64,000 nucleotides of DNA from a virus. Below the pieces are notes generated by a model that had not been told where the DNA came from, searched no databases, and was given only the letters and a program-made list of their open reading frames with translations. Shown here piece after piece: positions 9,301-17,947 of this stretch (its first letter is position 1; each line of letters begins with the position of its first letter). The stretch spans positions 55,817 through 119,816 of IMG/VR virus record IMGVR_UViG_3300017782_000002; one strand, written 5' to 3'. Made by a program: the position numbers and the translations under genes.

Positions 9301-12300
9301 GAACTGCAATAAACAATCTTCACAGACCTTCTACAGTTGTTTTAAATACTAACACTAAAGTTGATTCACCTGGTCATTACGGTTTACAAGATGATTCAAA
9401 ATTTGTTATTGGTGGTGGTCAATGTGCAGGAGATGGTAATCACTCATTAAGTTGGTGGACACCTACTGGTTTAGCAACATCTAATATTTCTGCACATTAC
9501 GTTGGATTAAAAGTAGACAATGATTCACAGTATGGTCAATTAGACAGTATTCTATTTACACCAATGTCACAACCGTTTAAATTTTCTGACTCAGCGGCTG
9601 ATATAGATGCTAATACTAGATTTAGCACAGGACCTTTATTTGGTGGTGACACATACATATCAAGATATACAGAAAAAGTTACAATGCCTTTTTGGTATGA
9701 CTTTATGAAAGACTTACCTGACGGAAGTCCTTTTGATTATAGATATTATTCTAATGTACCTTTCCCAAGATATTGGATGAATACGGAAAAATACCGTATG
9801 GATGAATTTGTAAGACCTTTAACAAATCTTACATTTAATTTTGATGAAGCTTTTCCATCTGACATGTATCACTTAGATCAACCTACTGAAATTGATTGTG
9901 ATGCTGGACTAATTGGTACACAAGATGCAAGTGGGGGTACGGTTGCAAATTATTATGAACCTGGTAACTTCCATTTACAAGTAATAAAAGTTCCAACATC
10001 AGATAACATAATTGCTACTTTAAGTAATAGAATTAAAAGTCCAACGTGGGAAATAGCTGGGGTTGGTAAATCACAATTCATTAATCATCCAGGTGAACAA
10101 TGTTCTTGGTATCTTGCTGCTGGTGTAGACTGTCCTTCTAATCAAGTACCACAACAACCAGTTGAACCACCAAGAAGAAGAGAAGTAGCAATAGGTATTC
10201 AAGGTAGACATAGAAGTCATAACCACTCTACACCATTAATTGATTGGGGTGGAGGTAGTTGTATATCATCTGGTAAAGATGATTGGTATGACTTTGCTAA
10301 TCCTGGAGATGATGTTTCACCACCAAGAACTACAGATATAGATGGTCAAGTAAGAACGTTTAAAGCTTTATATAATTGGAATGAAGGTAAATTTATGTAT
10401 CCTGTAAGTAATGGATTACAAGATAATACTTATGCACATGGTGGTATTATAGGTAATCCTGCTTATAATGCTACATGTCATCATAATGGATATTGTACAA
10501 TGGGTGGAACTTGTACTGCTGCAAACGGTGATCTTACTTCTTTTGCTACTGCGGCAACTTGTACAGCTAACGGAACATGTAGCAATCCAGTATATAATCT
10601 TGGATCTTGTAGTGTTTCAGGTTATACTACATCATCAGGTTGTACTAACGCAGGTGGTGTATGGACTACTGCTCAAGCACTTTGTACAGCTGCAGGTGAA
10701 ACATGGACAGTTAATACATGGTCAGGTGGTTCATTTATTAGTGAATCAGCAAAAACACTTAGAGATTGTAACTTAGCTGGAGGTGCATGGACAGACAGTT
10801 GTATTCCTGAAGATAATCCACAAGATTTTATATTCTATAGTAAAAAACAAAAGAAAAAAGAAAAAGGGTGGTTTTCAGGAACTATCGTACTTGATACAGG
10901 ATCATTCAATATTAACGGTAATGCTACGGATGCTGGTGGTTCAAATAGTGGTAGTTGGACAGACTGTGATGGAGCTGGTGCAAAATTTTGCAAACCGGGT
11001 GATGAAAATAGACTTGCAGGATTAGATCCACAAGATTGTCATAGAAATGTTCACACGTTAGTTACTAAAGGTGGAGCGCCTCCTAAGACTTCAGATATTG
11101 GTGATGATCAAGATAACTATAGTGCAACAATGAATGACAATAGTAATAATCCTGTTAAGAAAACAGGAGGACTTTTTGTTGAAAGCACAGGTTATATGTA
11201 TACACATGTTAGTGGTATACAAGATTTCTTTGTTGAATCAGACATGAATCTTTCATTTAGAGATTGGGAAGACCAACCAAGAAAAAAACATTATGATTAT
11301 TTAGAATATACAGACATACATGAATTATTCCACGTAGATCATATTAAGGGTGATAACTATTATAAGTATGATAAATCTCTTAATACAAGAAGATTCTGGA
11401 CTGCATCTTTTGGTAACATACAAGAAAGATATTATGATCCTTACGTATCTGAAACATGTTTTACTAAATATCCAAAAAGATTATTATACTCTTTACCCTC
11501 TGTTGGAGCACATACAAAAGAATTACAACAGTTTAAAAGAGATGAGAAAGCAGATCATTGGAGAACATTCCTACCAGAAAATTTTAGAGACTTTAAATCT
11601 AAAGTAAATACAATTGTACCAACAGGTAAAACAGGAGCAATAATATTATTTCCTACATTGTCTCCACAATTATTCCAAGGAGTAGACCAATTAAAAATGG
11701 AAAGTTCTGGTAATAAATTAACAATAGGAGACGGTGGTTTATTTAGTCAAGCTTTTCAAAGCATAACAAATTCTAATGTATCTCATGAATATGGATCATG
11801 TGAAAGCGCTAGAAGTGCTGTACAAACACCTGCTGGTTTATTTTATGTATCACAAGCACAAGGTAAAATATTCCAATATGCAGGTAAAGGTTTACAAGCT
11901 ATATCTGATATGGGAATGAAATGGTGGTTTAACAAATACTTACCATCTCAATTATTAAAAGCATTCCCTGGTATAGAAGATTCACCTAGAGCAGTAGATA
12001 ACCCTGTAGTAGCTGCAGGTGTACAATCTATATATGATCCAATGAATGATATTGTATACTTTGCAAAAAGAGATTATAAGCCTCTTGCAGATAAACTTCC
12101 TGATTTATCTTATTTACCTGATGGAAGATTTATGTACTCAGATGCTAGTACACAACAAAGTGTTGAAGTGCATCTTACAGATACAGATTATTTTGAAGAT
12201 ACATCTTGGACAGTTAGTTATGACCCTAAAGCTAAAGCTTGGATTTCATTCCATGACTGGCATCCTGAATTAGCTTTTAATAGCATAAATCATTTCTTAA

Positions 12301-13940
12301 CAACTAAGAAAGGCGTTTCTGCTACACCTATATGTCCTCCTGGATATACATACAGTGCAACAAACAATCAATGTGAAATAGCATCAACTGGTAGTCAAGC
12401 TGCAGCAGTTCTTGTAGATAACATACTTTCAACAATGACATCTTCAGGAAGTAATTGTAAACTTGATGTAGTTGTAGCTGTAGATGTATCAGGTAGTGTT
12501 GGATATGGTAATAGTGTAAATGCTAACCACAGTGCATTAGGTTTAGCGCAAAATCAATTCGTTGCAGATTTAATAACAAACTTTACACCAGCTATGAACG
12601 CAGGTGAATTACAATTTGGTATAAGCAAATGGTCTTCAACTTATGAGCTTATTCAATCTGGTGGTAAATGGATGACAAACAATCCTGCTGATGCTACTGC
12701 TGCAACTGATAACATATTTGCTTGTTGTGGAGGTGGTACAACGTTTGAGCAAGGATTAGATGGAGGTTTAGACTTATTAAGTAAAGCTCAGTCAGATACT
12801 GCAAATTGTAGTTTAGGTGATAGAACAGGACAATCCGGATATAAAAAAGTATTATTATTTATTACAGATGCAGGAGGTTCATGGTCTAGTACAGCTTTAA
12901 CAACAGCTGAAGCAGCATGGCCAACTACAGATATATACGGTATACGTACAGTTGCTGGATCAGGTGCTCTAAGTGGAGCAAATGAACTAAGTTATAGAAC
13001 TACTTTACAACCTGGCTGTGGAACTAGTACTACAACAACAGGGGGAGATTACAACTATACAGCAGCTGGAAATGTTGCATCTTTATCTACTGTAGCGACT
13101 ACAATCACTAGTCAAGTATGTTCTCCACCACCAGTTTGTACATGTCCAACAGGTTACACTTTAGTAGGAGCATGTGACGGTGTAACTACACCTAACTGCA
13201 CACAGACAACATGTAGTTGTTCAGGTTTTCCAGGATATGGTACAGCAAGTCTTGTTGAATCAGGAACGTGCGGATCACCAACAGATCCATTAATGTGTAC
13301 TTGGAATTATGCTGACACAGTAACAGCAAACTATAATGTAGGAGGATTATGGAGACATAACTCAAGAACAGACAAGTTTGCTAATTTCTATGGTATTGAT
13401 TATCCTTGGGAAATAGATCTTATTGAAACATCTGGACAACAAGTAACTACTCTTAGAAGTGTTGAGTATATGTTAGAATCATATGTATATAAAAATGACG
13501 GTAGAGATAGATTCCATGTTTTAGATTTTAACTTTGATGAGGCTGAAATTTACAACTCTGAACAAACATCAGGTTTACTTAAATTAGATCTTTCACCTAA
13601 AAACAATGTGCCTTTAATAACAACTTATCCTATTATAAATGCAAATGATATAAGTATACTTTATAGTAAGGAAGAACAAAAATATAGATTTAATCAGTTC
13701 TGGGATGTTACAAATGACAGAGGAGAATTTTCTGGTGCACAAAACTCTATATATATAACAAAACTAAATGGTTATATAAGAGATTTAAATATAGCTAATA
13801 TCAACCTTTTAAAATCATCTTTTGAAAGAAAGAAATTTAGACACTATTATAATCATGTAGTGCTAAGAAGACTAGTATCTGGTGACAAGAAAATGTTACT
13901 TAGATTGGAAAACACAAAACTTAACGCATCACAAAGATAA
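6390..13940 (+). CDS. Tail stabilisation/muzzle-like protein (2516 aa) with inserted Cys-rich and vWA domains
   Basis: Beta-propeller-like N-terminus; C-terminal TPAGLFYVSQ...KIFQY, WTVSY...WISFHDWHP and LWRHN segments as in crAss-like/P22 gp10-type tail stabilisers; vWA MIDAS DVSGS at 12483. Confidence 0.7.
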   Translation: MAKKKKQQQQPKPKSTSSVFTNTPMKGMIKDTHDGYLNKDNWSHARNAINNSVDGDTGVIGNEPANILCANIPYTVIGGIHLYGDKWIIYSTDNEGTLNDKSSEIGEFDDSTCTYNTLINDSCLNFHKDHLVIGVAKENFDCSWQVYWDDGNNPSRTINLSDIPFKKEIAPSSTPACTIYQNITPLQLDCEKIRLAPLLDTPNLELTKASEGGQLPNGMYQVFIAYSINDQIIGDYLGASNMQSLWSHENNQGSLNLKISGVDKEFEWMQVVVRTRVHNGFTSYVLGYYSTETTNLNIDYLDPDLTKVKSSRLLLRNPAYEKSSGMFEVNDYLIRAQPTEQFDFNYQPLANNIKTEWVSATYPAEYYREGGNKPTFLRDEVYTFFIRFIYNTGEKSKSYHIPGRSATGNEVSLDLTANSWDGVALQYKTQNTATFTATTNVVLPDGGIIQSYGDMAYWESGEKYPATDPIRYNNGSMDLCGMPIRHHKMPDENTHVTTRLSTNGAGGTGSTHIQIIGAQFSNIAAPLDNSGNVIPNIVGYEVLVGNRDGNKSIIAKGIIRNMMSYERYEHKRSLQAGAGTNYYSPLGDIQNSPTSFNGGGPIAAANADIAAATPNALGETDIQYGLMANYPYNDMGIDPYLIYRGNGDVRVEEAPWLSGIFGTEPIESNWITGTGSLLKPTQDNSIHMTQDNRGMAEFTFDHHTFHSPDLNFTHMYLAPSEMVVYKTLIGKAEGNFRKSEKHPGAKLLKNKAVLIAAIIGVGYALNHMRGKRNVKINTARSQSTGETMAVGSGMTPMPGTGTAAAAVNVLLNLPGVVVGAVADMAFNTVVDVASVFGAGKLARQIGTPIYQMIETGTTGLMAGHIGPNKTIEYVGSDFTSVPTLFSMITGVLTFLNYVAIGGDKIIDLILKMVNYQDYAYKYNSHGFYSTYVPFAEGNCNNAWTGSTCTAVYRHQMKSARYIKPGLQFMGGTAINNLHRPSTVVLNTNTKVDSPGHYGLQDDSKFVIGGGQCAGDGNHSLSWWTPTGLATSNISAHYVGLKVDNDSQYGQLDSILFTPMSQPFKFSDSAADIDANTRFSTGPLFGGDTYISRYTEKVTMPFWYDFMKDLPDGSPFDYRYYSNVPFPRYWMNTEKYRMDEFVRPLTNLTFNFDEAFPSDMYHLDQPTEIDCDAGLIGTQDASGGTVANYYEPGNFHLQVIKVPTSDNIIATLSNRIKSPTWEIAGVGKSQFINHPGEQCSWYLAAGVDCPSNQVPQQPVEPPRRREVAIGIQGRHRSHNHSTPLIDWGGGSCISSGKDDWYDFANPGDDVSPPRTTDIDGQVRTFKALYNWNEGKFMYPVSNGLQDNTYAHGGIIGNPAYNATCHHNGYCTMGGTCTAANGDLTSFATAATCTANGTCSNPVYNLGSCSVSGYTTSSGCTNAGGVWTTAQALCTAAGETWTVNTWSGGSFISESAKTLRDCNLAGGAWTDSCIPEDNPQDFIFYSKKQKKKEKGWFSGTIVLDTGSFNINGNATDAGGSNSGSWTDCDGAGAKFCKPGDENRLAGLDPQDCHRNVHTLVTKGGAPPKTSDIGDDQDNYSATMNDNSNNPVKKTGGLFVESTGYMYTHVSGIQDFFVESDMNLSFRDWEDQPRKKHYDYLEYTDIHELFHVDHIKGDNYYKYDKSLNTRRFWTASFGNIQERYYDPYVSETCFTKYPKRLLYSLPSVGAHTKELQQFKRDEKADHWRTFLPENFRDFKSKVNTIVPTGKTGAIILFPTLSPQLFQGVDQLKMESSGNKLTIGDGGLFSQAFQSITNSNVSHEYGSCESARSAVQTPAGLFYVSQAQGKIFQYAGKGLQAISDMGMKWWFNKYLPSQLLKAFPGIEDSPRAVDNPVVAAGVQSIYDPMNDIVYFAKRDYKPLADKLPDLSYLPDGRFMYSDASTQQSVEVHLTDTDYFEDTSWTVSYDPKAKAWISFHDWHPELAFNSINHFLTTKKGVSATPICPPGYTYSATNNQCEIASTGSQAAAVLVDNILSTMTSSGSNCKLDVVVAVDVSGSVGYGNSVNANHSALGLAQNQFVADLITNFTPAMNAGELQFGISKWSSTYELIQSGGKWMTNNPADATAATDNIFACCGGGTTFEQGLDGGLDLLSKAQSDTANCSLGDRTGQSGYKKVLLFITDAGGSWSSTALTTAEAAWPTTDIYGIRTVAGSGALSGANELSYRTTLQPGCGTSTTTTGGDYNYTAAGNVASLSTVATTITSQVCSPPPVCTCPTGYTLVGACDGVTTPNCTQTTCSCSGFPGYGTASLVESGTCGSPTDPLMCTWNYADTVTANYNVGGLWRHNSRTDKFANFYGIDYPWEIDLIETSGQQVTTLRSVEYMLESYVYKNDGRDRFHVLDFNFDEAEIYNSEQTSGLLKLDLSPKNNVPLITTYPIINANDISILYSKEEQKYRFNQFWDVTNDRGEFSGAQNSIYITKLNGYIRDLNIANINLLKSSFERKKFRHYYNHVVLRRLVSGDKKMLLRLENTKLNASQR

Positions 13941-16900
13941 TGAATAATAAAGATATATTAGGATATAGTGATGGTTCTCCTTACAGCAGTGAGCCTTTTA
14001 TAGATATTAATACACCTAACGGACTTATAGATATGTCAAACACAGGAAGACCAATATTAGCAAACGGTGTAGAGCTTGCTCCTTATTCTGGTTTACATAA
14101 TATGGGCACAACTAATGTAAGAGAAATACCATTAGATAAATTTCAAGGTCCTTTAAGATTAGGTGAAGTTGGTAGAAAATTAACAAACTTTTTTAAACCT
14201 AGAAATATTTTTAACTTCAGTAAAACTCCTATGACTCCTATGCTTACTAATAAGAGCTTTACTAAATTTGGAGATCCAGGTGATGTAAGACAATATAACT
14301 TAGGTGATTGGACAAACTATATAAATGATGTAAATAATTTACAAAGACCTGCATTACCTTATAGTCCTGTACAAACTAGAAGTCTTTCTATAGGTAATGC
14401 TTTAGTTAACAATACAGATAAAGCAGGTAATATAAAATTATCTACACTACAAAATTTTACAAATAACTTAGATAGTAAAGTTACAGGAGCACAAGTACAA
14501 GCAGACAAACTATTGTTACAAAGTACAATAGATGATTTAAAAATAACTAACCCAAGTCTTACGGATAAAAGCAAGATACCTTATTCATTATTTGAATCAG
14601 AAGTAAATAAAAATATAATACAGTTTCAACCTAAATTAGTAAATACACATGCTCATGTAGGGATGGATGCATTAGGTTACAAAATAAGAAAAAGTGAAGG
14701 AATTGGAGCTGTTACAAACAAAACAATACTTTGGCAAAATAATCAAATAGGTAATCCTATTAGTGATTCTCATTTTCCTACAAATGAAAAGGGACCAACT
14801 TACGGACATACAAGATTTTTTAGTACAGACAAAAAACTTTTTAACATATTAGAATTACAATCAGATGAATTTCAAAGACCTTTACTAGCTAAACTTAAAA
14901 AAGCTGATATACGTATTATTAGTGCTCAAAACAAAAAGAAGGAAAAACAAAACTTAATAGATAATTGGTCTCCAAATGAAAATAGCATAATGCCTCCAAA
15001 CCAACAGTGGGCAAATTATAAGTCACAAGCAAATGAAGAAATAAAAAGATATGATGATCAAATTAAAAATGCAGAATATGATAGAGATCAAATTGGAGGT
15101 TTAATATCAACTAGATCAGCTAATACAAATAAACAAATAAATGCATTAGAAAAAAATCACATGTCAAGGATGTTTGCAGAAACAGTTAAGTATGCAGCAG
15201 ACAATGGTTTTCAAACTGTAAGGTACCCTCACCAAAAAACAGTAGCTGTTATTGAAGGTTTTACACCAAGTATTGAAGATAAAGATGTATTAGTAAATCC
15301 TTGGACACGAAGTAATACAGCTGATTTTGATGTGGCTATTAATGAGTTAAGTACAGGTAATACTTATGGTCATACTACAGTAGCTAAAAAACACGGACCT
15401 TTTGTAAATATACCTGATGAAGTAAATTCAGTATACTCTATGGGTAGCAACCCAAGAATAACACATGAAGAAAAAGGTTGGGCTCCAAAAAAAGATAGAA
15501 AGCCTAGAATGAATGCTTATGCAGATGATGAAAGTTATAGACAATCATTGTATGATGATGGATGGACTGATGCAGAAATTGCTGATTATAACAGAAATAT
15601 AGGTCACTGGAAAAATCAACATATATCTTTAGATAATAATGGTAAATACACTATGACTGTAAGAAATGCAGATGGTGATCAATATAATACTGCTCCAGGT
15701 TGGGCTTCTCCAAGCATTGAAATACCAGAAGAAACTGCAAAGAATTTACAAGGAGGTTTATATCATATACAAGAGAATGGTTCTTGGCTTTATGTTGGTA
15801 AAGACAAAGATGCTGTTACTAAATATACACAGGATATAAGAGAAATAAATCATAAAAAAATAGAGCAGCCAGAAAGGCCGGTATTTAACATAGATGACTA
15901 CGGGGGTGTAAAATATAAAAAAGACAAAAATAAATTTCTTAAAGATGGTGTTACAGAAAATCCTAATTATAATAAACGTGCAAAAAATAGCAAAGGTGAA
16001 CTTACTATGGAAAGAAAATGGTCTGATCAACAAACTATTCTAAGAAAATATAATGAAAAGGATTTTAAAAAATATTTAAAATCTACTTTTGGTAAAGATG
16101 CAACTTACAAAGTAGTCTATGATGAAAAAGGATATGCTTGGTATGAGTTTGATTTACCTGTTAATTGGAAAGCAGGTGAAGCTCAAATTAAAGCTTATAA
16201 GCAAGGTGGTGAAATAGGAGGATATAGATTATCTAAGTTTAATGATGGAGGTGGAGTAGATTATTCTGACGCAGAAGAAGTTACTATTAACGGACAAACT
16301 TATTACAGACATAAAGTAAAACCTACTCAAGGTAAAGGTGAAATAAGTTCAAAGTATGGTATATGGAATCAAGAAGCTGTCTTAAATTCAATTAATAGTA
16401 AATTTACTAATATAAAAGATCAACCTGATTATTCTAAAATGGTTAATAGAATGTGGGAAGGTGATTACGTATTAGTAGGAGGTCCTGAATTTGAACCACA
16501 TGTACAGTATACAGAAGACAGAGGATCATATGCTAATTCATTTGAAAGCATTCCGCAAGAAGAACTATGGTCTGCAATAACTGCTATTGGACATATTGAA
16601 ACAGGCAGCAAAGTAAAATATAAAAGACCAGAAGGTAGAAAATATAAAAACACAACTGATGACCCACAATACTTAGCAGACAATCATCCATTTACAGGTA
16701 TATATGAAAGTGGTATGGATAATGCATATGGCTTTGTAAGTAGTGCTAATGCTTTAGGTAGATTTGGCATTAAAGAAGTTCTTGTAGACAAATATGCTAA
16801 AGACATATTAGGATATAAAGAAGGAGAAGATTGGAGAGGTCAGTATCTTAAGAATAAAGAAGACCAACGTAAATTAATGAAACATTTAATTACGCAAGTT

Positions 16901-17890
16901 TATCCTGATGAGCTTGTCCAAATAAGACACTTTCATCCAGAGACTTCTGCACAGTATTCAGATTTTGAATTATTAGCAGCTATACACAAAGGTGGTCAAG
17001 GTAACGTTAAAAAACAATTGTCAGAGGGTCAATTTTCAGAACAAGCAGTTGTAGGTGATATATCAATGGGAGGATATACAAAAAGAATTATGAACTATCT
17101 AGATCCTGATTTAGATATATCTAACTCATCTTTCTTTATGAAAAATAATCCTGCACACAATTTCTTTAAAAACAAACCTAAATATAAGTTTGGAGGTTCT
17201 ACAAATAAAGAAGAAGTTAGAAATGAAATTATAGCTGACATGCTAGACAATGGAGCTTTCTTACCAAAGTTTAAACAAGGATCAGAAAAAAATATAGAAG
17301 GTGTTTTAGGTAACTATAGAATTAATAAGTCTTATGATAATAAAAGACAATTACCTTTTATAGAATATAATAGTAACTCTGAGTCTTTAGAAAACAATAG
17401 AATTTATTATGATAAAGATGATGCTGGTTATGATAACTTTAATATTATTGATGTATATACACAAGAAAATGATCAAAAGAAAAGACACAATAGAATAAAA
17501 AATATAATTTATAAATATGATCAAGGGTTACAATTAAATCCTATTGAGTTAGAAACAATGAGAGAATTAGGATTATTAAACAATCAACCTAGAAGACAAA
17601 AAACAACAGAACAAGTAGTTGTTAAACCTGTTAACAATGGTGTTGATATTCCTTTAGAAGATATTAATGCTTCAAAAGATCTTTACAATAAAAAAGACGG
17701 TAACAATAAAGGTATATCACTAAAACATCAAATATCTATTTATTCTAAATTAATAAATGGTATCTTTGACAAAGATGAAAAACTAAAAAAAGTTAAAAGG
17801 GTATATGATAGACTAAACAGTCTATATTATAATGATGCAAAGGCTAGTAAGATGACTGTGTTAGACTACATGAAGTCATTAAATAATTAG
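13940..17890 (+). CDS. Virion cargo/ejected polyvalent protein with a lytic transglycosylase-like domain
   Basis: Located between the muzzle and vRNAP genes; IGHIETG...ALGRFGI...LAAIHKGGQGNV...YTKRI at ~16570-17095; YKQGG, FNDGG and YKFGG linkers. Confidence 0.6.
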   Translation: MNNKDILGYSDGSPYSSEPFIDINTPNGLIDMSNTGRPILANGVELAPYSGLHNMGTTNVREIPLDKFQGPLRLGEVGRKLTNFFKPRNIFNFSKTPMTPMLTNKSFTKFGDPGDVRQYNLGDWTNYINDVNNLQRPALPYSPVQTRSLSIGNALVNNTDKAGNIKLSTLQNFTNNLDSKVTGAQVQADKLLLQSTIDDLKITNPSLTDKSKIPYSLFESEVNKNIIQFQPKLVNTHAHVGMDALGYKIRKSEGIGAVTNKTILWQNNQIGNPISDSHFPTNEKGPTYGHTRFFSTDKKLFNILELQSDEFQRPLLAKLKKADIRIISAQNKKKEKQNLIDNWSPNENSIMPPNQQWANYKSQANEEIKRYDDQIKNAEYDRDQIGGLISTRSANTNKQINALEKNHMSRMFAETVKYAADNGFQTVRYPHQKTVAVIEGFTPSIEDKDVLVNPWTRSNTADFDVAINELSTGNTYGHTTVAKKHGPFVNIPDEVNSVYSMGSNPRITHEEKGWAPKKDRKPRMNAYADDESYRQSLYDDGWTDAEIADYNRNIGHWKNQHISLDNNGKYTMTVRNADGDQYNTAPGWASPSIEIPEETAKNLQGGLYHIQENGSWLYVGKDKDAVTKYTQDIREINHKKIEQPERPVFNIDDYGGVKYKKDKNKFLKDGVTENPNYNKRAKNSKGELTMERKWSDQQTILRKYNEKDFKKYLKSTFGKDATYKVVYDEKGYAWYEFDLPVNWKAGEAQIKAYKQGGEIGGYRLSKFNDGGGVDYSDAEEVTINGQTYYRHKVKPTQGKGEISSKYGIWNQEAVLNSINSKFTNIKDQPDYSKMVNRMWEGDYVLVGGPEFEPHVQYTEDRGSYANSFESIPQEELWSAITAIGHIETGSKVKYKRPEGRKYKNTTDDPQYLADNHPFTGIYESGMDNAYGFVSSANALGRFGIKEVLVDKYAKDILGYKEGEDWRGQYLKNKEDQRKLMKHLITQVYPDELVQIRHFHPETSAQYSDFELLAAIHKGGQGNVKKQLSEGQFSEQAVVGDISMGGYTKRIMNYLDPDLDISNSSFFMKNNPAHNFFKNKPKYKFGGSTNKEEVRNEIIADMLDNGAFLPKFKQGSEKNIEGVLGNYRINKSYDNKRQLPFIEYNSNSESLENNRIYYDKDDAGYDNFNIIDVYTQENDQKKRHNRIKNIIYKYDQGLQLNPIELETMRELGLLNNQPRRQKTTEQVVVKPVNNGVDIPLEDINASKDLYNKKDGNNKGISLKHQISIYSKLINGIFDKDEKLKKVKRVYDRLNSLYYNDAKASKMTVLDYMKSLNN

Positions 17891-17906
17891 ATAATGTGCT
17901 TGATTT

Positions 17907-17918
17907 TTAGTATATTAT
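17907..17918 (+). promoter_or_regulatory. Putative phage late promoter, TTAGTATATTAT
   Basis: Intergenic one-mismatch copy of the motif, about 30 nt before ATG 17948. Confidence 0.45.
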
Positions 17919-17947
17919 AAATGTGACAGTATAACTGTGTAAGAACT

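Noticed and set aside
10468-12273. Alternate-frame + strand ORFs inside the muzzle gene (10468, 10783, 11350, 12046) and similar ones at 54728 and 60367
   Set aside because: They are short, nested in well-supported long ORFs, and have no RBS or motif support.
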